From Candidatus Poribacteria bacterium (GTDB taxonomy: Bacteria > Poribacteria > WGA-4E > WGA-3G), in contig CAXXLX010000001.1 in assembly GCA_963665235.2 (NCBI GenBank), positions 3,968,001 to 4,032,000 of the forward strand: DNA of 64,000 nt. The letters are read 5' to 3'. Shown here piece by piece: positions 9,019-19,087 of this stretch. Every line of letters starts with the position of its first letter. The stretch's first letter is position 1. The notes beneath the pieces were generated by a model that saw only the letters and a program-made list of their open reading frames with translations, did not search any database and was not told the origin of the DNA. The translations under genes were made by a program, and so were the position numbers.

Positions 9019-10074
9019 ATGGAAGAATGGAAACGTCTTGTTAGAGATACTGTCAATACGCCAGAAAAATTGGCAGCTGTGTTCGATGTAGATGTAGAAG
9101 AATTGCGCCGCATTCACAAAGAATTTCCGATACGGATTAATCCGTATTATCTCAGTCTAATAGAAAAACCTGGGGACCCCATCTGGAAACAGGTTGTCCC
9201 CGACACACGCGAATTGATAAGCACCGGTGTAGAAGACCCCCTTCACGAAGAAGACGATAGTGAAGTGCCAAATGTCACGCACCGATACCCGGACCGGGCC
9301 CTTTTTTATGTTAACTATATGTGCCCCATCTACTGCCGTTTCTGCACACGCAAACGGAAAGTCGGGGACCCGTACTCAATCGCTGATGACAATATTGAGA
9401 CAGGCATCGCCTATATTCAGGCACACCCCGAAATACGGGATGTCATTATATCGGGCGGAGACCCGCTCATGTTGACAGATAAAAAAATTGATGATGTCGT
9501 CGGAAAGTTGCGAGCGATAGAACATCTAGAAATTATCCGAATCGGGTCTCGGGTACCGGTGACGCTGCCGCAACGGATTACCCCTGAATTGTGTGCAATT
9601 TTGAAGCAGTATCATCCCTTTTACATTAACACACACTTTAATCATCCGCGGGAGATTACGCCTGAAACAGAAAAGGCATGCGGCATGTTAGCCGATGCTG
9701 GGATACCCCTCGGCAACCAGACAGTCCTGCTCAAAGGTGTGAACGATGACCCGAAAGTCATGGTAGAACTGATGAAAGGGTTGCTCCGAATCCGGGTTAA
9801 ACCTTACTATATCTATCAGGCAGACCTTGTCGTTGGGACTGACCATTTCCGGACAGCGGTGGAGACAGGTTTAGAAATTGTTGCGGCATTGCGTGGACAT
9901 ATCTCCGGGCTTGGCGTGCCGCATTATGTCGTCGATGCCCCAGGCGGCGGTGGCAAAATCGCGCTAATTCCAGATCCGGTTGTCACATTCGATGACGATG
10001 AAATTCAACTCCGCAACTACGAGGGAAATGTCTACAGCTACCCAAGCACGCCTTTCTACGATGAGGATTGGTAG
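9019..10074 (+). CDS. kamA: KamA-family radical SAM protein (lysine 2,3-aminomutase-like)
   Basis: THRYPDR, CPIYCRFCTRKR (CxxxCxxC), ISGGDPL, HFNHPRE, DAPGGGGKI. Confidence 0.9.
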   Translation: MEEWKRLVRDTVNTPEKLAAVFDVDVEELRRIHKEFPIRINPYYLSLIEKPGDPIWKQVVPDTRELISTGVEDPLHEEDDSEVPNVTHRYPDRALFYVNYMCPIYCRFCTRKRKVGDPYSIADDNIETGIAYIQAHPEIRDVIISGGDPLMLTDKKIDDVVGKLRAIEHLEIIRIGSRVPVTLPQRITPELCAILKQYHPFYINTHFNHPREITPETEKACGMLADAGIPLGNQTVLLKGVNDDPKVMVELMKGLLRIRVKPYYIYQADLVVGTDHFRTAVETGLEIVAALRGHISGLGVPHYVVDAPGGGGKIALIPDPVVTFDDDEIQLRNYEGNVYSYPSTPFYDEDW

Positions 10075-10090
10075 AGAAACCTTTTTTTCT

Positions 10091-10885
10091 CTACCATTTC
10101 TCTGTATCGTCCTGTTCCTGTTCCGCTTTTGCCATGTTCAGGAACGGTTTGAGCAAATCGATGGGAATTGGAAAGACAACGGTTGAGTTTTTCTCCGCGC
10201 TGACCTCTACCAAAGCTTGTAGGAATCGGAGTTGCACAGCGGTCGGGGTTTTACTGAGAATTCCGGCTGCATCGCTTAAAGCTTCTGCGGACTCAAATTC
10301 GCCTTCGGCATGTATGACCTTAGCACGGCGTTCCCGTTCTGCTTCTGCCTCTTTCGCCATGGCACGCTGCATTTCGATAGGCAGGTCAACATGTTTGATT
10401 TCCATCGCCTGTACCTCAACACCCCACGGTTCACAATGCTCCTTGACGATGTTCTTGAGGTCTTCATTTAGCTTCTCTCGTTCTGAGAGCAGGTCATCCA
10501 AGTCAGCACGGCCTAACGCACTGCGGAGCGTGGTCTGTGCAATTTGGGAGATTGCAAACCCGAACTCTTCCACCTCAATCACCGCCTTCTCCGGCTCAGT
10601 GACTCGGAACATTAGCACGGCGTTAACGCTTACAGAGACGTTGTCCTTGGTAATCACATCTTGTGGGGTAACATCGTTGACGGCGACGCGCAGACTTACA
10701 CGCTGCATCCGCTCTATCCAGAACGGTATCATCAGGACAAGCCCGGGGCCACGGGTACTCGTGAACCGCCCCAACCGAAAGATGACAGCGCGTTCATACT
10801 CTTTGAGAATCCGAACGCTTGTAGCAAACATAATGATAACACCAATTGCAATTGCAAAATGGTACGGTTCAATTTGTGGGAGCAT
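10091..10885 (-). CDS. SPFH/band 7 (slipin) protein
   Basis: [47 protein letters not shown]. Confidence 0.95.
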   Translation of the reverse strand: MLPQIEPYHFAIAIGVIIMFATSVRILKEYERAVIFRLGRFTSTRGPGLVLMIPFWIERMQRVSLRVAVNDVTPQDVITKDNVSVSVNAVLMFRVTEPEKAVIEVEEFGFAISQIAQTTLRSALGRADLDDLLSEREKLNEDLKNIVKEHCEPWGVEVQAMEIKHVDLPIEMQRAMAKEAEAERERRAKVIHAEGEFESAEALSDAAGILSKTPTAVQLRFLQALVEVSAEKNSTVVFPIPIDLLKPFLNMAKAEQEQDDTEKW

Positions 10886-10900
10886 TTTCAGTATTCCTTT

Positions 10901-11920
10901 CTATGGGGTATATCCCGTGATGTCACGAATTTTTTGAAAAAAGGCGCGTTTTCGCGGCGTATTGATTTGCCACTGTACCGGAACGGATTGATACCCGTTA
11001 CAATAGTCGTTTTCCCCAGGGTCGAAATAACCCCAAGATGCATATTGACTGACAGCAGCGATGCAGTTGTTAAAGGGTTTATCAAAATCGAAATGGTCAT
11101 CTTCATTGAAAAGAATCGGCATCGGTCGGTATCCCGGTACTTCACGCGTCTGTTGCACCATCTCGACGATACGGTTTGGGTCGCTGACTCCGTTGCCGTG
11201 AACCAGCAGAAAATCGGAAGCACGAACGACATTTTCAAACGGCACCCTGCCACCCCCATAACTGGTTCCGACGAGAAATCTTCTGCCAGCATGTGTAGTC
11301 GCTTTCACCCGTTCAATGAGTTCATGAACCCTTTCCGGTTGTAAAATCTCATGGGAATACCTAACGTTGCATTCGTTGTTTACCTCAACGATAACGTTGG
11401 TATACCCCTGCTCAAAGAGCCAGCCGGTTGCATTGTCCGTTGCGCGTTTAACAGCCGTTTCATCTGTGAGTCGATGGTCTTGCCCGAAGTAGAAGTAGCC
11501 GAGGATAACTACCATGCCGAGTTCATCCGCAAAATCGATGGTCCGTTTGAGACGGGAGAGGTAATCTGCGTTGAGCGTTCCATCGCTTTCTATGCCGGAA
11601 TTGTGCCACGGTTGTGCTTTAGAATACCCTTCTGGACTTCCGCCTTGCAGATTAATAGTGAATGCCAGGACACCGTGTGCACGCCAGGTTGGCATTGCTG
11701 CTAAAAATTCGCGGGTGTTACGTTCCGCATCCCATTTGCCTGTGTCCGGATACGCCCATTGATGGATAGTTTCAGGGTTTCTATCATCGAAGATGCCCTG
11801 TACCATACGGGTGTTGAGCAATAAACCTTCAATCTTATTGTCTTCGTAAAAACGCCCCGGATAGGTGATCTCCCCGTTAATATAAAATGCATCGTCTACG
11901 ATGCTGACTGCCGTTTTCAT
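10901..11920 (-). CDS. Hypothetical TIM-barrel glycoside hydrolase-like protein
   Basis: ATG 11920 (MKTAVSIVDD) with GGAG SD; EVNNE motif resembles the clan GH-A acid/base motif; ILFNEDD. Confidence 0.6.
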   Translation of the reverse strand: MKTAVSIVDDAFYINGEITYPGRFYEDNKIEGLLLNTRMVQGIFDDRNPETIHQWAYPDTGKWDAERNTREFLAAMPTWRAHGVLAFTINLQGGSPEGYSKAQPWHNSGIESDGTLNADYLSRLKRTIDFADELGMVVILGYFYFGQDHRLTDETAVKRATDNATGWLFEQGYTNVIVEVNNECNVRYSHEILQPERVHELIERVKATTHAGRRFLVGTSYGGGRVPFENVVRASDFLLVHGNGVSDPNRIVEMVQQTREVPGYRPMPILFNEDDHFDFDKPFNNCIAAVSQYASWGYFDPGENDYCNGYQSVPVQWQINTPRKRAFFQKIRDITGYTP

Positions 11921-12002
11921 TAAAGCTCCCAAAAATATGTTACAGATTTTCAATATTTTAGCATATTTGAGAGAATATGGCAAGGGGGTGTAAAGTTTCG
12001 CC

Positions 12003-13162
12003 ATAAGTCGTTTTGGACTTGGGAATTTCCATTTTTTCAGATTTCTCACGTCATACTTTGGGTGAGCACCTTCCAAAAGATGTTTGTTTCTCGTGCGTTG
12101 TATTTGTAGCACGCCTCTGCGAGATACAAGGGGGTATACCTCGTTGAGTAATGATGGTGCTGTCCATACCACGCACGCTTGACCAAAGACCAAAAACCTT
12201 CAATCGTATTGGTATGAATCTCACCGGGTTCCCACGTTTCGCTCCGATTGAGCGTCTCCTGTTTCATTTCTGTTCCCTCTCTTATTATACCCGCTATATT
12301 GGTCGGTAATGAGTTCGGACTCTTCAGTTTTGACAAACTTCTTGATAAACTCAAGGATCGTCTGTCCGGTAACATCAGGCACAAGTTGTGCGACGACTTG
12401 CCCATCCCGCTGGACTGCGCCTAAGACCGCATCTTTTGCGGTGCCACGCCCACGCTTACGCGGTTCACCCGCCGCACGGTCGTAGTCTTTGCGGTGTTTG
12501 CCACCGATATAAGTCTCGTCTGCTTCTACAACGCCTTGTAAAAGCACGTTTTCCTTGGCCATCTCCGCACGTATCTTCATCATAGACCAAGTCGCCTTCT
12601 GGTTTAGCCCCAAATCGCGGGCGAGTTGATGACTCGATAGACTTTTCTTCGCATTTGCCATCAGTGAGATTGCTATAAACCACTTCTGTAGCGGGAGTTT
12701 TGTGCCTTGAAACATAGTGCCTTGTGTTACCTTGAACGTTGACCGGCAGTCGTGGCAATTCCAGCGGCCTATACGCCCAAGTGCTGTCTCTTTACGCTTT
12801 TTGACGCGTAGCCCCTCACAATGCGGACATTCAGGAGAACCCGCCCATCTCAGACGCTCCAAATACTCTATACAATCCGTTTGTGTTGGAAACGTCTCCA
12901 TCACTTTCACTAAATCCATCAGAAAATGCTCCTACTTTTAATCTTTAGGAGTTGCTTTTTTCTAATGAGTTCTGATACAATACTAGGTAAGCGTGAATCT
13001 GAAAAAAGCAACTCGCTTTTTAGGTTCAAATAGGGGGTAATTGCCCCCTATTTACTTTACCTGATATTATATCAATCTTGGGCACTTTGGACAAGTAAAA
13101 ACCTAATAAACACAAGCGTTTAAGGCGATTTAACAAATTTTCTCAAGTCCAAAACGACTTAT
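12003..13162 (-). mobile_element. IS1595-family insertion sequence
   Basis: Inverted repeats ATAAGTCGTTTTGGACTTG(G/A)G at 12003-12023 and 13142-13162 enclosing a transposase. Confidence 0.85.
12046..12919 (-). pseudogene. IS1595-family transposase, frameshifted near 12275
   Basis: Zn ribbon CPHC...CHDC, VEADETYIGG and ITDQYSGY in one frame; HTNTIEGFWSLVKR...YLAE in another. Confidence 0.9.
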
Positions 13163-13165
13163 TCC

Positions 13166-13207
13166 AAAAAAAAATAGGCAGGCAACACATTGGTTACCTG
13201 CCTGATT
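13166..13207 (-). terminator. Rho-independent terminator
   Basis: AGGCAGG...CCTGCCT stem followed by a T9 tract on the minus strand, just after the 13226 ORF. Confidence 0.7.
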
Positions 13208-13225
13208 TCGGTTTCAGATGTATTG

Positions 13226-13684
13226 TTACCACGGAATTTCGGCTTCTGACGTATTCTTACCACCAGTAATAAAGCCATACCCCTCTAAGTCATCTATAGT
13301 AGGAGGTGGCATTATTTGGTTAGCAGATGTAGATGAAATTCTACCATCATACCAAGGGCCCCTAAATTGACCTGTAAATGCCACCGGGAGAATTGCTTTT
13401 GCTTTAACCTCGTAGCTTCCTTCTACGCTTAGGGGAGCATTACTCCCAATGTAACCGCCAGCGACTAAATACCAACGTAAATTCTGATTCTGATTACGAT
13501 ATATTGCGGTTTGGGCCGAAGACCATAACTTACCATCTGCATCAGAAGCAACTCGGTAGGTGCCGATAAGTCCAGCCCCATCGATAACACCTTGTTTTTG
13601 AACCCGATTATTTTTAGCCATTACACTAACAATACATAGTATGGAAATGCTAATGATAATTGCCAATACTGGTTTTACTTTCAT
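13226..13684 (-). CDS. Secreted hypothetical protein
   Basis: Signal peptide MKVKPVLAIIISISILCIVSVMA; AT-rich; SD upstream. Confidence 0.65.
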   Translation of the reverse strand: MKVKPVLAIIISISILCIVSVMAKNNRVQKQGVIDGAGLIGTYRVASDADGKLWSSAQTAIYRNQNQNLRWYLVAGGYIGSNAPLSVEGSYEVKAKAILPVAFTGQFRGPWYDGRISSTSANQIMPPPTIDDLEGYGFITGGKNTSEAEIPW

Positions 13685-13722
13685 GAAATTATTCCCCTTG
13701 GCCCTAATGATAATTGAGGAAA

Positions 13723-14496
13723 TTATTCCCCTTTGAGGCCAAGAAATTCGTAAGGATCAATCCCCCCATCATTATGGGAAATGACTCGTATTTCCTTGGG
13801 AACTGTATTCTCAGTAATAAGATTTAAGAAAGGTTCATCCTTATTGTTGGAAGCGCGATCACGGATAACTTGTACTGTCCGTGGAGCACCTGAAATCCTC
13901 CCAGCATGACGTAATATGGAGCCATCGGGTTGCAGGGTTTCAATCCACTCAATATAAACGACCCCCGGAATACTTGGATAAATCATTCCAGTACTATCAT
14001 CCCTCGCTGCCCCAATTACATTTACACCTTGTGCTAAGAGTTTTATCATAACACGACTGATTAATTCATGGTTAGCAGACGAAGCCGGAAACGTATCAAC
14101 CGGCCACCCATCGGGCAATTCAGGATATGGCCCGAAACCGTAAGGAGAAACACTCACCATTTTAGCGTTTTCATTCTCCTCCGTTTGTTCTGTCGAGTTT
14201 ATAGGGATTTCACTGGTTTCAGTGTCTTCCTCCACGTAATCGTTCGTTTTGTTAATAGGTGTCTCTGCGATTGGCGTTATGCTTTCAGCAATGGCATTGG
14301 TGGTCGGTTCCGCCTCGGTATCAGTGTCCACTTTTGGGGGCACTGCCACTTGGCGGCGGAGTGCTGCATTTGCGGCTTCCTCTCTTTGGATTTTTGCTTG
14401 TTCATGTTCATACCAGACATAGCAGCCAAGTGCAAAAACAATCAGGAAACAAAACCCGCCTAGAATCCACCGGTTTGTGAAATATTCACGTAGCAT
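13723..14496 (-). CDS. Hypothetical membrane-anchored protein
   Basis: N-terminal TM helix, T/E-rich linker, VSPYGFGPYPELP motif; GGAGG SD. Confidence 0.75.
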   Translation of the reverse strand: MLREYFTNRWILGGFCFLIVFALGCYVWYEHEQAKIQREEAANAALRRQVAVPPKVDTDTEAEPTTNAIAESITPIAETPINKTNDYVEEDTETSEIPINSTEQTEENENAKMVSVSPYGFGPYPELPDGWPVDTFPASSANHELISRVMIKLLAQGVNVIGAARDDSTGMIYPSIPGVVYIEWIETLQPDGSILRHAGRISGAPRTVQVIRDRASNNKDEPFLNLITENTVPKEIRVISHNDGGIDPYEFLGLKGE

Positions 14497-14781
14497 TCCG
14501 TCGATACCTCCAAAATCTGTTATGACCTATCTGTGATACAAAGTTCTAGACACTATTTGTGTTGCAAGCAGTGCCTTCAGATATTATAACCTATGAAAAA
14601 TTAAAAGTTAAAGCTAATATGTAAAAATCGCCGCTTTCGAAAGTTTACGTCATTAATTACACACGATAAAAAAGCATTTGTCAAGTTAAAATTCGGAAAA
14701 AAACGTTTTTTTTTGAATTTTTAGGATTTTAAAAATTTAGCACTTTTTCTCAAATTTTAAAAAGTTTTTAGAAAAGGATTG

Positions 14782-15001
14782 TCTGAATGCACGTTGCATT
14801 TGGACGAGTACGCCGCAAATCCCGGATTATCGCGGAGGACACAGATTTCGCGAATTTTAATTTGAATCAACTGCTTCTCGGAAAGCTTTGATATGTGCAG
14901 GCGTTGTGCCACAACATCCGCCTATTAAGTAAGCCCCGGCTTCTATCAGAGCCGGAATATAATTTGCCATCTCAACCGGTGTTTGTGTATAGACAGTCTC
15001 A
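14782..15001. repeat. Direct duplicate of 15134-15337 (3' end of the methyltransferase gene plus downstream DNA)
   Basis: 14857-15001 is identical to 15193-15337; the upstream flank is similar with small indels. Confidence 0.95.
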
Positions 15002-15192
15002 GTTTCGTTAGTCTCTAACAAAGCTAATCTTTTTCAAAAACTTATCAGTGTTGAGCAGGTCTGTGAAAAACTAGGCATTCATTGGTATAAACCTAAGAAA
15101 CTCACACAAGGATCAAGCAGAATATTTTAGGCATCTGAATGCACGTTGCATTTGGCAAATCCCGGATTATCGCGGAGGACACAGATTTCGCT

Positions 15193-16206
15193 TTAATTTG
15201 AATCAACTGCTTCTCGGAAAGCTTTGATATGTGCAGGCGTTGTGCCACAACATCCGCCTATTAAGTAAGCCCCGGCTTCTATCAGAGCCGGAATATAATT
15301 TGCCATCTCAACCGGTGTTTGTGTATAGACAGTCTCATAGTTTTCATCAAGTTTAGGCATGCCCGCGTTCGGGTATGCCATCATCCGTTTACCGTCAGCC
15401 TCTCTTTCCGTTAGTGCGGTGTGGAGTTGTGCTGTCCCGGTAATAGCGTAGGGCATTCCGGTATGTTCAGTCCGTTTCGATTCAGCCCCACAGTTTAAAC
15501 CGATGATATCGACATAATCTAGGAGGGAGTCTCCATGTGAGAACTCGCCGCTTTCAAGGATTTCTAGGAGGTCTAAAGCGGAATGCCCCCAGTCGGTTTT
15601 ATATATGATATTGCCGGTGCGTCTATCTTTTGTCCATTTATATGTCATATTTACAGCAATAGGGAGCTGTGTTTCCCGTGCGATATCGACGGCGATTGCG
15701 GCTTCCTTCGCTGAGAACATAGTCTCAATGCAGAGAAAATCCACGTCCTCATCAGCGAGCGTGTGGATTACCAATTTATGCGCTTCCCTGACATCAGCAT
15801 TTGCGATGCCGAACGTGGTGTCGCCGCTATCCGCCTCAATTGCCCCCGGGGAGGGGCCCACAGAGCCAGCGATGTAGACCTTTCTGTCCACCTGTCCGCT
15901 TGCGGTTTTTGCATGCTGCACAGCAAGTCGTGTGAGCCGCTCCGCATCGGTTTTATCATGTCCTGCCATTTGTAGATGAAGTGGGGATACCACAAATGTA
16001 TTTGTTCCAATCGCTTCCGCGCCTGCTGCAATATAATCTGAATGGATGCTGACGACATCGGTGGGGTGCATTTCATTAGCAAATGCACTGTTGGCGAGTT
16101 CTATATCGCGTGCAAAGAGTTGTGACCCAAATCCGCCATCGTAAACAATCGGTTCGTCAGATTTTAACCGTTCTCGAAAAGTTATCACGTGCTGCTGTGT
16201 CCTCAA
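15193..16206 (-). CDS. Homocysteine S-methyltransferase family (stand-alone MetH Hcy-binding domain)
   Basis: YDGGFGSQL, GTNTF, AGSVGP, IETM, GLNC, YPNAG, IGGCCGTTPAHI Zn ligands. Confidence 0.92.
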   Translation of the reverse strand: MRTQQHVITFRERLKSDEPIVYDGGFGSQLFARDIELANSAFANEMHPTDVVSIHSDYIAAGAEAIGTNTFVVSPLHLQMAGHDKTDAERLTRLAVQHAKTASGQVDRKVYIAGSVGPSPGAIEADSGDTTFGIANADVREAHKLVIHTLADEDVDFLCIETMFSAKEAAIAVDIARETQLPIAVNMTYKWTKDRRTGNIIYKTDWGHSALDLLEILESGEFSHGDSLLDYVDIIGLNCGAESKRTEHTGMPYAITGTAQLHTALTEREADGKRMMAYPNAGMPKLDENYETVYTQTPVEMANYIPALIEAGAYLIGGCCGTTPAHIKAFREAVDSN

Positions 16207-16310
16207 TTTATTTGGCGATTAGCAATTGGCAAGATGTTGTGATTCTAAACAAGTTGCTGACGCGCGTCAGAGCCCTCTTCCTCTTGCTATTAGCCATTAG
16301 CCAACAGCCA

Positions 16311-18215
16311 TTAGCCAACAGCCATCGGTTTGAATTGACACCCCTCCACGAATATTTCGAAAAAATCGGGGGTGGTTTCAAGTTCAATGTGTTCAATGTT
16401 TTTGACAAATGCCTCAATATCTGCTCGCTTCTTTTTAGAAAGCAGGACAGCCTTCGCGCCGGCGACTGCTGCGTTTCCGATTTTGACAATACGCTCTTCG
16501 GGTACCGGTGCAAGAAAACCGATGTCAACGGCATCCTGGACGTTAACGTAGTTCGCGAAACCGCCCGCTAAAAAGAGTTTGGTTATAGCGTGTGGGGTGC
16601 AGCCGAAGTGTCGCAGCACAATATATTGTCCACAGTAGTTCGCCGCCTTTGCTTGTGCGAGATTGCTTGCGTCGTCACGTGAGAAGGTAATTCCGCGTTC
16701 AGGTAAAATCGGGAGTATCCGTTGTTTTTTATCTGCGAAAACCCCCTTCGGGTTCATCTGATTGTGTCGTCGCAGCTCAGCAAGCAGGGAGATAAGTCCC
16801 GACCCGCAGAATCCCTCTGCCTCTTTGTCGTCAATCGTTTCGTAATCAATTTCACCGTCGCGCCACTTGACCGCTTCAATAGCACCGGGGTAGGCAGGCA
16901 TACCGTATTCAATGCCCCCACCTTCAAAGGCTGGCCCGGCAGGGCAGGATGCAGCGACCATCCGCTCCGCATTGCCAACGACCACCTCCGTGTTTGTGCC
17001 GACATCCACCAACATAACCACTTCATCGTGTGATTGAATATCAATGGCGACTAGGTCCGCGGCGACATCCGCACCGACGTGGCTGGCAATCAACGGGAGG
17101 CTGTAAACCATCGCCTTCGGATTAGCACGGAGCCCTAAACGCCGCGTTTTTTCGGTCAGCGAAGTTGTTGAACGCTCCCCCTCGCGATATTCATGCTCAA
17201 TCATAGATTTATACGGTTTTTGGCCGATGCTTTGGACATCCTGTCTAAAGAGGATGTCACGCATTGTTGTATTCCCGGCGACAACGATTTCATAAATTTC
17301 CTGCCGGACGAAGCCGTGTCGGTCGCACATTGCCATGATTTCGCTGTTGAGTGCCGCAATAAGGGATTTACGTAGCTCCCCCTCAAATTCGCCATCATAG
17401 GAGATGCGGTGCATGATGTCGCTTCCGCCGAAACGTTGGGGGTTTTCAAAAGCACTGACCGAAACGGTCTCCCCGTTCTCCAAATCCACGAGGTTCGCTA
17501 CGACGGTTGTTGTGCCGATATCGAGGGCGAGTCCGTAGATGTGCCCGCGGAATCGGTCGATGGGTTCGTTATTGTAGTAGACGACTCCATCGCGGTGTTC
17601 GACCAGCGGTGCAAGGGAAGCGGTTGCATCATCTGTACTTGTGCCGACATGTGTTAAGATGCGGGGTGTGCGCCGTAGCGGTGCAAATTCAATATCTGCG
17701 TCTATATCAAGCACAACGGCTTGGCAGGCGAGGCGATAGTTGTTGTCTTGCAGGAACGTTTCCGCCGCGTTGGGTGGCCGGAGGCTGTCCATTCCCTTCT
17801 TGATTTCAACGATACATTCGTGGCACTGCCCGGTTCGGAAACAGGAGGTCGGTACTTGCACAGCTAGGTCGTCAGCATAGTCGAACACAGTTTTTCCGGG
17901 GGTGAGTTGATACACCTTGCTATCGCATGTGATGGTGCCGTTTGCTGTTTTCTGGTGTTGTGCTGTTTCGTCAGGAGCGTCTATCTCCCATGCACTGCGA
18001 TAATCTAATTTATCGTCTCCGACACAGAGTCGTCCTGTGCCTTCATCAATTTTCTGCTGGTTTCGGCATCCGAATTTTGCTGTGCAGTGGTCAAACCGGT
18101 TTTTATAAGGGCAGCGGTAAGTCGCCTGTTCGTCAGCATGTACGACCAATTCTTCGAAGATTTGTGTAATTTTATTGAGCCGCTTTTCATATTCCGTTTT
18201 GTCTATCTTTTTCAT
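16311..18215 (-). CDS. ASKHA-family corrinoid reductive activase (RACo/RamA-like) with 2Fe-2S domain
   Basis: CFRTGQCHEC...RLACQ ferredoxin; DIGTTT, GNTTM, HVGAD, DVGTNTE, AGPAFEG, AGGFAN, IGNAA. Confidence 0.9.
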   Translation of the reverse strand: MKKIDKTEYEKRLNKITQIFEELVVHADEQATYRCPYKNRFDHCTAKFGCRNQQKIDEGTGRLCVGDDKLDYRSAWEIDAPDETAQHQKTANGTITCDSKVYQLTPGKTVFDYADDLAVQVPTSCFRTGQCHECIVEIKKGMDSLRPPNAAETFLQDNNYRLACQAVVLDIDADIEFAPLRRTPRILTHVGTSTDDATASLAPLVEHRDGVVYYNNEPIDRFRGHIYGLALDIGTTTVVANLVDLENGETVSVSAFENPQRFGGSDIMHRISYDGEFEGELRKSLIAALNSEIMAMCDRHGFVRQEIYEIVVAGNTTMRDILFRQDVQSIGQKPYKSMIEHEYREGERSTTSLTEKTRRLGLRANPKAMVYSLPLIASHVGADVAADLVAIDIQSHDEVVMLVDVGTNTEVVVGNAERMVAASCPAGPAFEGGGIEYGMPAYPGAIEAVKWRDGEIDYETIDDKEAEGFCGSGLISLLAELRRHNQMNPKGVFADKKQRILPILPERGITFSRDDASNLAQAKAANYCGQYIVLRHFGCTPHAITKLFLAGGFANYVNVQDAVDIGFLAPVPEERIVKIGNAAVAGAKAVLLSKKKRADIEAFVKNIEHIELETTPDFFEIFVEGCQFKPMAVG

Positions 18216-18242
18216 GGATAACCACATTGTGTGTGTGAGGGT

Positions 18243-19001
18243 TTACCAGTCGTCGTCTGTTTTCTCGAGGAACTGTTTGGCGAGGGCAACACATGCGAGG
18301 GCATCTTTACCGTAACCATCAGCTCCCATATCATCGGCGAATGTCTGTGTGACAGGGGCACCCCCTACCATAATTTTTACCTCTTCGCGCATATCTTCGT
18401 CAATAAAAGCGTCAATTGTTTTCCCCATGTTCGGCATTGTAGTGGTTAGCAGAGCGGACATGCCGAGGATGGGTGCCTCGTATTCTTCCACCGCTTCAAT
18501 GAATTCATCTTCGGAGGTGTCAACGCCGAGGTCGTGAACGACGAAGCCTGCCCCGCGCAGCATCATAATGCATAGGTTTTTACCGATATCGTGCAAGTCG
18601 CCTTTGACGGTCCCCATAATAACAGTACCGACGGGTTCAATCCCGGAATCGGAGAGGATTGGTTCGATATGTGCCATGCCTGCCTTCATTGCGCGTGCAC
18701 ATGCAAGAACTTCCGGCACAAAGATAAAGTTCTCCCGAAATTTTATGCCAACGATACCCATTCCTGCGATGAGCCCATCATCCATAATTTCCAACGCTTC
18801 TATGCCTGCTGCAAGTGATTCCTCTGTGAGTTCATCGACGGTATGATGGTCTCCATCGATGAGAGCAGCAGCAATATCCTGCATTGCTGGCCGTGCTTGG
18901 GTAAACATTTCAATGAAAATTTCTATCTCATCGGGCCGTTCAAGGTATTCTTCAATTTCTTCTCTGATAAATTCGTTTGCTATGTTATCAATAGATGCCA
19001 C
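18243..19001 (-). CDS. Corrinoid (B12-binding) protein, MetH cap plus B12 domain
   Basis: FVPEVL cap, GTVKGDLHDIGKN, MSALLTTTM, VGGAPVT; AAGGAGG before GTG 19001. Confidence 0.92.
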   Translation of the reverse strand: MASIDNIANEFIREEIEEYLERPDEIEIFIEMFTQARPAMQDIAAALIDGDHHTVDELTEESLAAGIEALEIMDDGLIAGMGIVGIKFRENFIFVPEVLACARAMKAGMAHIEPILSDSGIEPVGTVIMGTVKGDLHDIGKNLCIMMLRGAGFVVHDLGVDTSEDEFIEAVEEYEAPILGMSALLTTTMPNMGKTIDAFIDEDMREEVKIMVGGAPVTQTFADDMGADGYGKDALACVALAKQFLEKTDDDW

Positions 19002-19087
19002 CGGTTTCGCATACCTCCTTCTGAATATAGAATACCACATCCGCGAAAAAATAGCAAAGATTTTTGAGAAGAAGCCGATTCTCTCGT

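Noticed and set aside
10068-11344. Long + strand ORFs (289 aa, 227 aa)
   Set aside because: Antisense shadows of the SPFH and hydrolase-like genes with no recognisable motifs; the same applies to most other overlapping ORFs in the track.
12260-12290. Programmed frameshift in the IS1595 transposase
   Set aside because: No canonical slippery heptamer, and IS1595 transposases are single ORFs; a 1-nt indel or sequencing error is more likely.
14857-15337. DGR template/variable repeat pair
   Set aside because: The two 145-bp copies are identical with no adenine-specific differences, and there is no reverse transcriptase in the window.
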